Assembly: GCA_003144275.1 (NCBI GenBank) | Contig: NJBF01000010.1 | Span: 27,861-91,860 of the forward strand | DNA from: Candidatus Heimdallarchaeota archaeon B3_Heim | GTDB lineage: Archaea; Asgardarchaeota; Heimdallarchaeia; Hodarchaeales; Hodarchaeaceae | Length of the DNA stretch: 64,000 bases | Direction of reading: 5' to 3' | Program-made: the position numbers and the translations under genes | Shown: in pieces, positions 46,601 to 55,981 of the stretch | Layout: every line of letters starts with the position of its first letter | How positions within the stretch are numbered: the first letter of the stretch is position 1 | Notes under the pieces: generated by a model | Told to the model about the DNA's origin: nothing | The model's database searches: none | What the model saw: only the letters and a program-made list of their open reading frames with translations

Positions 46601-49212
46601 AAATGAGAAATAGATTTTTAGAATTTGACAGGTTTGAAGACGCAGCTAAAATGACCGATTTAATATTTAGATTCGGTAAAACTCATCAACAATACAAGAT
46701 CGCCATCCAATCAATAAAAGAATATGCAAAAATTACTCTAGATAACGAAGACTATTTATCTGCTATCAAATTCGCTCTTAATGTCGCAAATCTCTTTGAG
46801 GAAGACAATAAACCAGATAAAGCACTTGAATTTCTTCATATGATATTCAATATTACTTTTAAACATATCAAAGAGCCTTCTCTTCAAGTATTTCGCAAGA
46901 TAATAGAAATTCATCGCGAGAAAGATGACTTCAAGAAAATCACAAAGAAAGTCGTTGATCCGTTATTAACAAAATATCCAGATGTCGCGCTACTTACGGT
47001 CGTGAATGAGGTTCTTTCTCCTCCACTCGGGGATTACATTAAGTATTCTGAAAAGTTCTTTGATCAACTAATTGAATCTTCTTCATTAACCTTTGACAGT
47101 GCAGATGGTATAATTTCATTAGTTAACCTTGTGTATGGAAGTGCGTTTGTAGATCTAGGAGATAGGTTGGTATATAAATACACAAATAAACTGACAGAGT
47201 TCGGTTTTGCTGTTGAGGCAATGAAATTAATGTCAATATTGTCAGAAAGATCAAGTTTACCATTTTCGGATCTTTTAAATAAATCTCTGGACTTCGTTCA
47301 AAATTTAGTTCAAAAAACTAACATTGAAAAAGCAAGAGAGTTTACAGATAAGTTGATTCAACATATTACAACTAACCCTGAACTATCTGCAGAGAAAAAT
47401 CACCTAGGAGCAAAAGTCAGTGATAAATTTGCACAAATGGTAGCGTTTGAGAATCCTGATCTAGCCTCAGAGTATGCTTATCTTGCTGCAGATTATCTAC
47501 GAGGAGCAAATGACTTTGATGGAGTAGTTACTATCTATAATAATCTCGCAACTCAATATTCATCCTCAAAAAGAGCCATTCGTACATTTGAGAGAGGAAT
47601 ATACATTTGTAGTAAATTTAAGGCCAAAAAACACGAAGCACAACTACTAGTTTTACTCACAAAATACCTTTGCACTATTTCAGACGACTCTGTTTTAGCA
47701 GCTTTTCAACAAACAATAGAAAAACTGGAAGAATTGGAGGATCTGGATGAACTCTTCAGAAATTGTTGTGAGATAATTACCGTGGCAATTTCAACTGATA
47801 ATCTTAATCTCGTATCAAGATATCTAGAATATATGAGTAAATTAGCCAATATGATAAACCGTTCAGAGGATATAGGTGGAATTCTGGTTTTCATGTTAAA
47901 TTACGTTACTGACATAAACGATACTGAGAAAGCAAAGAAAATTAGAAATAATATTGAGGAATTGGGTATACAGCCCAAGAAATTTAAGAAGGACTTTAAA
48001 CGCCTTTCAGAAGAACGTAGCAACTTTTTGAAGTCAAAATCAGTAAAAGACAGACAATTAATCGAAGTTGAAGCAGTAACTCCAACTTTGGTTAACACAG
48101 AGGAAATAATTACACCGATTGAAGAACCCCTTTTAGATAAAGTCATTGAGCCCGATACCGAAGAAGAAGATAAAGAGATTGTCGATTTCATTAAAGGAAT
48201 CAAATCAGAATCACCACTACCAGAACAAATGGAAACTCCACAGGTAATTCAAGAACCAGAACCTCAAATCTCTCAATTATTGGAAGATAAACCATCTTTG
48301 AAGGGGCAACCGCAAATAAGCGGTGAAGTTTTGGAAATCCCTCCGAAAGAGGATGGGACCGAAGTATCCACCATACTGAGTGATGATGAAGTTTCGAGCT
48401 TATTTTCACTTGATCCTTCCCCTGAAGAGGTTTCACAAGTGTCATCATCAATTGAAGAAGAATTATTCCCTGAAGTTGGCCAACATGGCAAAGAAGGTGT
48501 AACACTATCCGATAATGAAGTAACCACACTGTTTAGCGCTCGAGAAGATTCCAAAATGAGGGGAGCTGATGTGTTACGATCACTGTCTGAACAAGAACCC
48601 TCTGCTAGTGAGGAAGAATGGGAAGTCGATACATTTGGGCGTTTATTGAAAAAAGAAGCAACAACTCCTTCACCAGATAAAATCAGTGAACCTAAACCAG
48701 TAATATCTCCTACTATTGTTGAAGATACGTCTGGAACTCCAGATATAAGTACTCTAGAATCATCCTATAAACCCAAAGAAGAAGTAGTAAAACCCACCCA
48801 ATTAAAGTCGCTTCAATTAGAACCTGATTTGGAAAGTGAGAAAAAGAAACAGCTTCAAAGTCTACCTGATCTTGAAGAATTAGAAATGGCGCTAGTAGAT
48901 ACAGAGAGCGTGTTACCTCCTAGACACGAACCAGAACCAACTGAAGAAACGAAAAGTCTGTTCGATAAAGACATAACCAGTTCTTTAGACTCTGTTGTGG
49001 ATGCCCTTGTTGAAGACGAATCTGGTGACACACAAGATATCTTTGGAATTCCAGAAGTGTCCTACGAGGAAATCTCCGAACCACAAACTTCAAAACCAGC
49101 TGAAGTGAAACCACCTGATTTAATAGATTTATTTTCAGACGCGTTATCTGAATTAGGATCAATAACTGGGGAATCTGGAAAGAAAGGCAAGGAAAAGAAG
49201 AAAAAGAAGTAG
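43615..49212 (+). CDS. giant (1865 aa) protein: triplicated N-terminal domain, long alpha-helical solenoid, acidic disordered C-terminal tail ending in a poly-Lys stretch
   Basis: Uninterrupted 5.6-kb ORF. Three N-terminal repeats share the core ...(F/I)(F/L)SFSAI(F/Y)(E/D)... (aa ~60-80, ~200-220, ~355-375). aa ~400-1450 are helical. aa ~1480-1865 are P/E/S/D-rich with repeated [ST]LF motifs and a terminal KKGKEKKKKK. Confidence 0.8.
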   Translation: MATRNEKLVRIELPSTSGVEVEIRESRDRYVLNFFQNDRQINTASLSQNKLNQDRLVDLLSEAGVEFFSFSAIFEIADLLVNTIKDEFQAFSIEDEPASTPITHDVNDVTEKFGILTEDVLEEEDEIVEDTVSATSSKILTIPPGDKELKKIKMLHSKSGFATIYYTPEGKFAIVLSRNDELLLRKVYSKDDVNQDKVVELISESGIDFLSFSAIYDSAEQIESLILNPEKFESEDTVSIPQMDTIVDVADPSPILKSKSAATSEQDEVTLVDLSDFDTSEFNKADDFDKFINKVKEVVEVGQPLPVKEVEIAHSGGVDCIILRKFDDWFLRFRKSDGSISAPTEIKIDQDEIARLINQEIPQISFSYLYDASELIFQTIGGLATKPMDQIIINVAVGHFLRIIEQNEAKGNLKAASKITEVLLKRFRKENNSKGILRFGRKLVKSLIDQGKDSKVVKLQSELISDLLKIDLESSVEFVFESIEMLADQNKHLNAANLCDLVLDYYLSEKIVPDSISTILLLAKKQAEYYKHARLPVVMWENALRYAHFALKEIGASGDTFSKEQRDGFLEDIIFLVDSALGVQEERKANFEILSTLEETTQLLKEIQEKSHYQRYVNRLILTLETQGKKEKALEITLEASKALMNSETYVKACELSNQAIKLFYELKKVEEAVDFSLGVVRGLTELEEIEAAKNYLQFVEDLISKAYKDSDSRRIEKQLAMGDLLGKLGMKDRAKSFIQTALQTIADPKKREKIVLKYVDEMHVSHAFLTAQEMINLELSRLLETKKIKDVIKFCCQFIDKLREYGQSDMIFEYIRYISSLMLQSDHSDYNLLQKFIKDLLTTNEVDRAALILDQLVILQGKQSDYTRAIDSISRFVDHLLESTQRVDLVQKYVFEIAEAYRRMGDDQGALEVLVKYQEVLLDYSVELSQKITDIILKEYEAKEEYKKCIEIVTNIIDRQLEQNMFQDAYIFSVQNARYIESSGSIPDVIKYLGKMRNRFLEFDRFEDAAKMTDLIFRFGKTHQQYKIAIQSIKEYAKITLDNEDYLSAIKFALNVANLFEEDNKPDKALEFLHMIFNITFKHIKEPSLQVFRKIIEIHREKDDFKKITKKVVDPLLTKYPDVALLTVVNEVLSPPLGDYIKYSEKFFDQLIESSSLTFDSADGIISLVNLVYGSAFVDLGDRLVYKYTNKLTEFGFAVEAMKLMSILSERSSLPFSDLLNKSLDFVQNLVQKTNIEKAREFTDKLIQHITTNPELSAEKNHLGAKVSDKFAQMVAFENPDLASEYAYLAADYLRGANDFDGVVTIYNNLATQYSSSKRAIRTFERGIYICSKFKAKKHEAQLLVLLTKYLCTISDDSVLAAFQQTIEKLEELEDLDELFRNCCEIITVAISTDNLNLVSRYLEYMSKLANMINRSEDIGGILVFMLNYVTDINDTEKAKKIRNNIEELGIQPKKFKKDFKRLSEERSNFLKSKSVKDRQLIEVEAVTPTLVNTEEIITPIEEPLLDKVIEPDTEEEDKEIVDFIKGIKSESPLPEQMETPQVIQEPEPQISQLLEDKPSLKGQPQISGEVLEIPPKEDGTEVSTILSDDEVSSLFSLDPSPEEVSQVSSSIEEELFPEVGQHGKEGVTLSDNEVTTLFSAREDSKMRGADVLRSLSEQEPSASEEEWEVDTFGRLLKKEATTPSPDKISEPKPVISPTIVEDTSGTPDISTLESSYKPKEEVVKPTQLKSLQLEPDLESEKKKQLQSLPDLEELEMALVDTESVLPPRHEPEPTEETKSLFDKDITSSLDSVVDALVEDESGDTQDIFGIPEVSYEEISEPQTSKPAEVKPPDLIDLFSDALSELGSITGESGKKGKEKKKKK

Positions 49213-49215
49213 TGC

Positions 49216-50364
49216 TTAATCTTTCCTTGATTTTCCATACATATCAGGATCATAAAGAGGATATTTCTGTATTTTTACTTCATGCATCTTATTTCTGACT
49301 TGGAATTGTATAATTTCATTTTCAATATTGTACTCTGGTAGTATGTAACCCATCCCAATACCAATGTTTAAAATGGGAGAAAAACCTCCAGATGAAATGA
49401 CACCTATTTCTTTTTCCCCTTGGAACAATTTTAATCCTGAACGGGGGCTAGGCCCTCTTTTCATAGAAATTAAGCCTACTCGAATCTTTTGGAGAGGTTT
49501 TTCTTTCAATATTTCAAGTTGGGGCTTACCTATAAAGGAAGATTTGTTTATATGAATAAACGGAGGAAAAAATAAGTCCGCTTCAAGTGGATTAATACTT
49601 TCTGATATATCATTTCCATAGAGATGATAACCAGCTTCCAATCTTAGAGAATCGCGTGCTCCCAACCCACAGGGTTTTATGTTAAATTGCTTACCTTCCA
49701 CAAGTAATTTCATCCAGACATTGACCGCATTTGTATTTTCTTCATTTGATGTATTAAATACAATAATTTCATAGCCTGACTCTCCAGTATACCCTGTACC
49801 TGAGACAATTACATCACAGCTTCCAATTGTTGTTTGTAAAATATTCCAAGAAGAAGGAGGGGATGCATTCTCTGGTATAACTCGTTTTAACACAGCTTCT
49901 GCCTTCGGACCTTGTAAGGCATACATCGCAGATGAAGGTGAAATATTAATTATTTCGATTTCCAATTTGGAAAAGTCATTAATCAAGACTGATAATAATT
50001 TAATCCAGTGTAGGATCTTTTCATAATTTCCTGCATTCCAAACCAGCAACCACTTATTTTCTTCGATACGTTCAAAGACTAAATCATCTCGAAAGCCTCC
50101 AAGTTCATTGAGCATGAAAGTATATGATGCTCTTCCTATATTAGTTTTCGAAAGGTCTCTTGGCACCAGAGCGTTGAGAAATTTTTCAGAATCCTTTCCT
50201 TGAATCCACATTCGTCCCATATGAGAAACATCAAACAAACCAACAGCATTCCTAACCGCCATATGTTCCTCAATAATGGATGTATACATTACAGGCATTT
50301 GAAAGCCTGCAAAATCTACGATATCGCCATTTTCTGCATGCCAAGCATATAATTGTGTTTGCAT
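49216..50364 (-). CDS. gcvT: glycine cleavage system T protein (aminomethyltransferase)
   Basis: N-terminal AVRNAVGLFDVSHMGRMWIQG and overall GcvT fold length (382 aa). Confidence 0.85.
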   Translation of the reverse strand: MQTQLYAWHAENGDIVDFAGFQMPVMYTSIIEEHMAVRNAVGLFDVSHMGRMWIQGKDSEKFLNALVPRDLSKTNIGRASYTFMLNELGGFRDDLVFERIEENKWLLVWNAGNYEKILHWIKLLSVLINDFSKLEIEIINISPSSAMYALQGPKAEAVLKRVIPENASPPSSWNILQTTIGSCDVIVSGTGYTGESGYEIIVFNTSNEENTNAVNVWMKLLVEGKQFNIKPCGLGARDSLRLEAGYHLYGNDISESINPLEADLFFPPFIHINKSSFIGKPQLEILKEKPLQKIRVGLISMKRGPSPRSGLKLFQGEKEIGVISSGGFSPILNIGIGMGYILPEYNIENEIIQFQVRNKMHEVKIQKYPLYDPDMYGKSRKD

Positions 50365-50544
50365 TTGTTTTCACAACATTTTTTGAATTTTTCTACGTTT
50401 CAAGCCTAAATTTGGCTATAAAAGGAGAATAATTATCTGAAAACAGGTTATTATTTATGAATTAATGAACTTTGTAATAAAGAAAAGAAGGATAAGAAAT
50501 TTTTTTTAAAACTATTGTCAATTTAATTTTATAAACAGTAGAAT

Positions 50545-51891
50545 GTGTGTGGAATTAATTTGACCGATGATCCAACATTTAAAAAAATCCGAGGTATTCT
50601 TAAAGCTCATCATGAGTATTGGAATAATGCTATCCCCTTAATTGCTTCAGAAAATTTAACAAGCCCTGCAGTAAGAGAAGTAGCGATTTCTGATTTAGCA
50701 CATAGGTATGCAGAAGGATGGATAGGGGAACGAGTCTATCCAGGTAATGAATATTTCGATGATATGGAAGAACTAACTTTAAAACTCTTGAAACAACTAT
50801 ATAAGGCTCCTTTTATAGATGCCCGTCCTATATCAGGTGTTGTAGCCAACCTAACTGTCTATACTGCTTTTACAAAAGCTCACGATAAAATGATGGCAAT
50901 TTCAATACCTGTAGGAGGGCATATCAGCTCTGGCCCTCTTTCTGCGAAGTCAGGTTCATTTATTGGAGGAACAGCAGGTGCCGTTTCAAGGTTAGATGTT
51001 GAATATATACCTTTTGATCGATATGGATTAAATATTGATGTTGATGCGGCAATAACAGCATTCCGTGAAAAAGAACCAAAGCTTGTTCAGTTTGGCGCAA
51101 GTGTTTTCCTCTTTCCTCATCCGCTTGAGGAACTTATTCCTGTTGCTCATGAAATAGGAGCTCATGTGAATTACGATGCAGCCCATGTAGCAGGATTGAT
51201 AGCGGGAAAACAATTCCAAGACCCCATAAAGGAAGGAACAGATACAATGACCATGTCAACACATAAAACTTTTCCTGGTCCTCAGAAAGGAATTGTAATA
51301 GCATCTAAAGATGAACTTGCAGAAAGGATCAAATCTGCTGCATTTCCTGGAATGACATCAAATCATCATTTAATGCATGTGGCTGGTCTTGCGGTAGCAG
51401 CTGCGGAATTTTTAAAATATGGTGAAGCATATGCAAAGCAAATTATTCTTAACGCAAAGGCCTTAGGACAAGCACTATATGAGCGTGGATTTAAGGTAGT
51501 ATGTCCTGATAAAGGGTTCACCGAATCACACACATTGTTAGTTGATATCACCAATTTCCAAGATGCAATCGGTTTGGGGGCGGATGTTGAACAAAGGTTA
51601 GAAAAGGCTCATATTGTTGCGAATAGAAATTTATTGCCTTGGGACATCTTAGAAAAACGTAATTATTTAAATCCCGGAGGGATTCGAATCGGATCTCAAG
51701 AAATTACTAGGCTTGGAATGAAAGAACCAGATATGATCACAATTGCAGATTTCTTTAAGTCTGTAATTGTGGACAGAAAGGATCCGCTTATTGTTGCACA
51801 GGAAGTATCAGAATTCAGAAAAGAATTCCAGAATATTCACTACGGATTTGAGACCACAATAAAGGCTTATGAATATATAAAAATAGTTTAG
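50545..51891 (+). CDS. glyA: serine hydroxymethyltransferase (archaeal type)
   Basis: LIASENLTSPAVREV, PLP-lysine region TMSTHKTFPGPQKG, 448 aa. Confidence 0.8.
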   Translation: MCGINLTDDPTFKKIRGILKAHHEYWNNAIPLIASENLTSPAVREVAISDLAHRYAEGWIGERVYPGNEYFDDMEELTLKLLKQLYKAPFIDARPISGVVANLTVYTAFTKAHDKMMAISIPVGGHISSGPLSAKSGSFIGGTAGAVSRLDVEYIPFDRYGLNIDVDAAITAFREKEPKLVQFGASVFLFPHPLEELIPVAHEIGAHVNYDAAHVAGLIAGKQFQDPIKEGTDTMTMSTHKTFPGPQKGIVIASKDELAERIKSAAFPGMTSNHHLMHVAGLAVAAAEFLKYGEAYAKQIILNAKALGQALYERGFKVVCPDKGFTESHTLLVDITNFQDAIGLGADVEQRLEKAHIVANRNLLPWDILEKRNYLNPGGIRIGSQEITRLGMKEPDMITIADFFKSVIVDRKDPLIVAQEVSEFRKEFQNIHYGFETTIKAYEYIKIV

Positions 51892-51922
51892 AATGGTAAA
51901 ACCTAATTTTTACCTTTCTTTT

Positions 51923-52249
51923 TTATTTCCAATCGTTGGTTGACAACCATTCCTCTACTGTTCCCCTGAGAATCTCCCATGGTTTGCTTGAATTAAGATT
52001 GAACGACTTTGCTTGTGCCCAATAACTTGACATTTTCCCTTCTGCTTCAGGATCCGCTTTATTCCTTTTTTGCCATCTTTGAATGACAACTATCCGTTTT
52101 TCCGCGTCATCAACAGATTGTACTAATAAAACGGCCGTCCACCAACGTCCACGACGTGATATTGTTTTTCCTTTAATTAAATGATAATAATCAGAACGAT
52201 AAGGGAAACTTTCTTTTGTTTTTTCATCTACCATTAGTAACACTCCCAT
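51923..52249 (-). CDS. hypothetical protein (108 aa)
   Basis: ORF only; no motif recognised. Confidence 0.3.
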   Translation of the reverse strand: MGVLLMVDEKTKESFPYRSDYYHLIKGKTISRRGRWWTAVLLVQSVDDAEKRIVVIQRWQKRNKADPEAEGKMSSYWAQAKSFNLNSSKPWEILRGTVEEWLSTNDWK

Positions 52250-52392
52250 TTTGTCTACTTAGGGCACATTTAAAACCAAAATAAAAAACTGGCTAGTCAT
52301 ACACAATTCGGGATAGCTCTTAAGATATATTTTTAAGAGGTGTCATTCAATTATTCTAGCATGAGTGGCTGTAAGTTAGAGTTGGTGTTTTT

Positions 52393-53415
52393 TTGAGCGA
52401 GTACGAAAGCTATATTCATTATGGGCGATTGGTAGTCCTTTTACAGTTTATTTTGATCCCTATTTACTTCTATTTGTTATCTTTTATTTTTGTAGGGGGT
52501 GTAATCTGGTTTTTAAAAACCCCAGATCTAGTTTTTCTTTCCGATTTCATTGTTTACGGAATTGGACCTCTCGTAATGGCTGTGCCTTTCTTTTTTTGGA
52601 CGTACGGAAAGAAATATCAAATTGGTGATGCATATGAAACCTTTGGACGCGAAGTATGGCGTTTACCGACAACAATTAAAGCTTTTTATGGATTTAATTT
52701 TCTACTAGGCATTATTTTTTTGTTTCCGTTGCTGGTGCCTGTTGTTTCCTTATTTGGAGGGTATTTCATTGCAGTGTATCTTTTTGGGTGGCGAGAGGAA
52801 GATAAAAAAATTTCCAACCAAAGGAAGACGCGGCTACTAACTCTATTATATTTTCCTTTACCATTGTTAGTTGTAATCGGATTTTATTTTGGATATGATC
52901 TATTAGGTACGCAATCAGGAATTTTTTCATTCTTCATCCAACTTATTGAATACTGGACATCACAAGTTGACCTCTTATATACATCTGCACTCATTTTAGC
53001 TGATTCAGCAACAATCGGAGGGGCTATTTATTTGATATATGAGGGAGCACAACAGGTTGATCGTGAGGTAGAAATTCCTGAAATTTTAATAACTCTAATT
53101 TCATTAGTTTGTTTTATAATACTGGAAACACTCTTTTTATTCTTCTCCGATAGTTTTGAAGGATTTCTTGTATGGATTCATATTGTAGTCGTTATACTTG
53201 GAGTTTTATTACTCATAATCAGGTATTGGAAAGGATTGTTGACAAGTCGCGATACAAGTATCATTGGTTGGTTGACACTACTAATCTTTCAGCTTGTGAA
53301 CTTTGCCACTGGAGCGTTAGAAACCATTAGCCGTTCTAGTGCAATTTTTATTGCATTTGCTATCTTCTTGTTCCTCTTTTGGGTGGCTTATCAACGTGCA
53401 GGAAAACGTTATTGA
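52393..53415 (+). CDS. integral membrane protein (8-9 TM), unknown function
   Basis: 340 aa, hydrophobic throughout. Confidence 0.5.
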   Translation: MSEYESYIHYGRLVVLLQFILIPIYFYLLSFIFVGGVIWFLKTPDLVFLSDFIVYGIGPLVMAVPFFFWTYGKKYQIGDAYETFGREVWRLPTTIKAFYGFNFLLGIIFLFPLLVPVVSLFGGYFIAVYLFGWREEDKKISNQRKTRLLTLLYFPLPLLVVIGFYFGYDLLGTQSGIFSFFIQLIEYWTSQVDLLYTSALILADSATIGGAIYLIYEGAQQVDREVEIPEILITLISLVCFIILETLFLFFSDSFEGFLVWIHIVVVILGVLLLIIRYWKGLLTSRDTSIIGWLTLLIFQLVNFATGALETISRSSAIFIAFAIFLFLFWVAYQRAGKRY

Positions 53416-53460
53416 TGGAGGTAATTGTTTTATTAGCTCCTCAACCCCTTTGCTAGTAGT

Positions 53461-54492
53461 ATGAGCTCTCACCAGAAGATTCCCCCAACCCAACAATTCC
53501 AATTTCGTTTAACTATTGAAGAATGGATGGCTAATGAGTTTGAAAGAGTAACTTTACAGTACTCTGCATTGTTGGATGTCATTGAACAGGTTCGATTTTA
53601 TGGTATTAATGGATTGATACAACTAGAGAATCAGAAAATCAGTCCCTTTTATTTTCATTTATCCGAAGAGCATGATGAAAAGTTTTTAATTATCATTTTC
53701 TCTATTCCTGTTTTTCAGTCTTTAGATTCGAATGCCCTAACGACAGGGATGGAGTATTTCTCTGCTATTCTAAAAAATATCTTCTGTGAAAATAAATCAG
53801 TGTCAGAATCGGAAATAATGGCATTTAACGATATTAAAAATCTGCCTTTAATTAGATCTCAGGATCAAGATATTATTCCTTATGAGGACTACGCAGAAAA
53901 AATTGAATTACAATTACGTATGAAAGTGCGAACTGGTATCCAGATCTTTCCTGTTGCTAAATTAATTGAAGATATTTCTACCAAATCTATGCAACATTTG
54001 AAAGAATTAAGAAAAGCTAAGGCAGCTCTTGTCACCATTCAATCAAATCTTCGAGAATATTCTGCCAGGATTGCCAACAAATATCGTATATCGGTCAAAC
54101 CATACTTGTTTAGAACTGCATTAGAAAATCGATTTGAACCATCTTTTATTTCAGTATTTTCTTTAGATGCAACAAGTCAAGTAAAAGATGATTTTTCCGT
54201 TCTAGTATTTACTACTGAGGTAATAAAGAGAATTAGTAAAAATGAACTGAAAATATTAATTGCTTATGAAATTATATATGATTTGTTAAAGGATAAATTC
54301 TCAAGGGGTTTAGTAGAACGAGAAATCTATCAAATTCTGTCAAATGGGAAAAAAAATGATCCGAATTTCTTCATTGTAAATGAACTGAAAAAATTTTTTA
54401 CAGAGGAAGAAATTTCAAATGCTCAAAATGCAATTAAACAGACAATAGAGGATCTTCTAGAAGAAAAATATCCCATTATGAGACTTGATTGA
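53461..54492 (+). CDS. hypothetical protein (343 aa)
   Basis: ORF with coding-like composition, directly upstream of the subunit-E-like gene. Confidence 0.4.
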   Translation: MSSHQKIPPTQQFQFRLTIEEWMANEFERVTLQYSALLDVIEQVRFYGINGLIQLENQKISPFYFHLSEEHDEKFLIIIFSIPVFQSLDSNALTTGMEYFSAILKNIFCENKSVSESEIMAFNDIKNLPLIRSQDQDIIPYEDYAEKIELQLRMKVRTGIQIFPVAKLIEDISTKSMQHLKELRKAKAALVTIQSNLREYSARIANKYRISVKPYLFRTALENRFEPSFISVFSLDATSQVKDDFSVLVFTTEVIKRISKNELKILIAYEIIYDLLKDKFSRGLVEREIYQILSNGKKNDPNFFIVNELKKFFTEEEISNAQNAIKQTIEDLLEEKYPIMRLD

Positions 54493-55162
54493 AGTCGAAA
54501 GTGAGATAATAGGTAGAGGAAAAAGAGTTATGTCAGATATTCAACAATTAGAGCAAGAAATCCTTCAGGACGCACAAAATAATGCGGAAAACATACTAAA
54601 AAAAGCAAAGAAGGAAGCTGATGAGATATTAAGCCAAGCGAAAAGTAAAAATAAAGAGCTAATGCAAAAGATGGAGAAAGAACAACTCGAAAGACAAGAA
54701 ATCGAAGTACAGCGGGAACTTTCACGAATTAGGATCAAGAATAAAATTGAAATCGAGAATCTAAAAGAATCTCTTGTACAAGAGATATTTGATGATAGCA
54801 TAAATAAAATCAAACAGATGCGCGAACAAAAAGACAAAAGATACCTGAATGCTCTTTCTGATCTTATAATTTTAAGTGGAACGATCTTAGAAGGCGGAGA
54901 AATGAGTATCACTTTACACCCTAGTGATGCACAAACCATCGAAGAAAATTCCTTGGAAGCTGAAATCGCAAAAAAAACTGGAACCAGCACCAAAATCAAT
55001 GTATCTTCCAAGGAGCAAGATCTTATAAATGGCGGTGTGATTTTCCAAAAAGGATCTTTAATTGTTAATAACACTTTTAATGCTATTTTTGATCGGAGAA
55101 AAGAAGCAATAAGAAATAAATTGAATTCTGTCGTTTTCAACAAGGGGAGTAAAGGAGAATAA
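54485..55162 (+). CDS. V/A-type ATPase subunit E-like protein (lone copy)
   Basis: N-terminal ~110-aa coiled coil (IQQLEQEILQDAQNNAENILKKAKKEADEIL...) and a C-terminal globular part with GGVIFQKGSLIVNNTFNAIFDRRKEAIR, matching the subunit-E C-terminal signature. The likely real start is MSDIQQ at ~54530. No other ATPase subunits nearby. Confidence 0.5.
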   Translation: MIEVESEIIGRGKRVMSDIQQLEQEILQDAQNNAENILKKAKKEADEILSQAKSKNKELMQKMEKEQLERQEIEVQRELSRIRIKNKIEIENLKESLVQEIFDDSINKIKQMREQKDKRYLNALSDLIILSGTILEGGEMSITLHPSDAQTIEENSLEAEIAKKTGTSTKINVSSKEQDLINGGVIFQKGSLIVNNTFNAIFDRRKEAIRNKLNSVVFNKGSKGE

Positions 55163-55164
55163 AA

Positions 55165-55977
55165 GTGCATAAAAGATATAGACAGTATCAAAAAAAGAAA
55201 ATTTCAGTCTTAACGACACAAAAAGATTCTCTTCATAGAGTATATGGATCGGTACGCCCCATGATACGTAAAATCATTCGACCAAGCATCATCGTGTTTG
55301 TGATAATGCTTTCTTTAGGTATTTTGCCTTCTACCCAGCCCAAGATGATTCAACTGCATATTGCAAAAGCACAATCCATATCTCCACTATTAGAAATTCA
55401 ACAAGTGAATCTTGAAGTCGAAAAAAACGGCAAATATCAACTTCTGGAAGAATTAGTACTTGACGAACCTACTACAGGTAAAGAAACATTGATACCACAG
55501 CTCGTTAATAACTCTAAACTTCGAGTCAATGCTTCCTATTCAACAATTATTGGAAATCCAGAATCAATTGTTATTCACATCTTTGCGGTAAAGGTATACG
55601 AAGTCCTAACAGGACAAAGTGCCAACCTCACATGGGACAGTCACATGGGACAATCAAGATACAGTGAAGATAATCCTGAAGAATTAATATTACCTCCGAA
55701 TTCTTCGAAATCAGAAGTTATAATTATTCCATACCTTGCATTACCGACATATGGGAATTATAAATTCGTATTTACTGTTCAATATCATGTTTATGGGGGA
55801 GAAACGGTAGCTACAGAAGTTTATTTTGCTAAAAATATGTCTTTCGAGTTCGTTGAGAGTTTACCCGAGCCTCCGTATATTTTGTACTTCCTTTTTTACA
55901 GTGTATTACTTGTTTTAATTGCATTTGTCACTTTGGGAGTATATGGAACTCGTAAATATAAGGATTTAGAGATATAA
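55165..55977 (+). CDS. membrane-anchored hypothetical protein
   Basis: N-terminal TM helix after a basic leader, beta-rich body, C-terminal TM helix. Confidence 0.4.
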   Translation: MHKRYRQYQKKKISVLTTQKDSLHRVYGSVRPMIRKIIRPSIIVFVIMLSLGILPSTQPKMIQLHIAKAQSISPLLEIQQVNLEVEKNGKYQLLEELVLDEPTTGKETLIPQLVNNSKLRVNASYSTIIGNPESIVIHIFAVKVYEVLTGQSANLTWDSHMGQSRYSEDNPEELILPPNSSKSEVIIIPYLALPTYGNYKFVFTVQYHVYGGETVATEVYFAKNMSFEFVESLPEPPYILYFLFYSVLLVLIAFVTLGVYGTRKYKDLEI

Positions 55978-55981
55978 TTAT

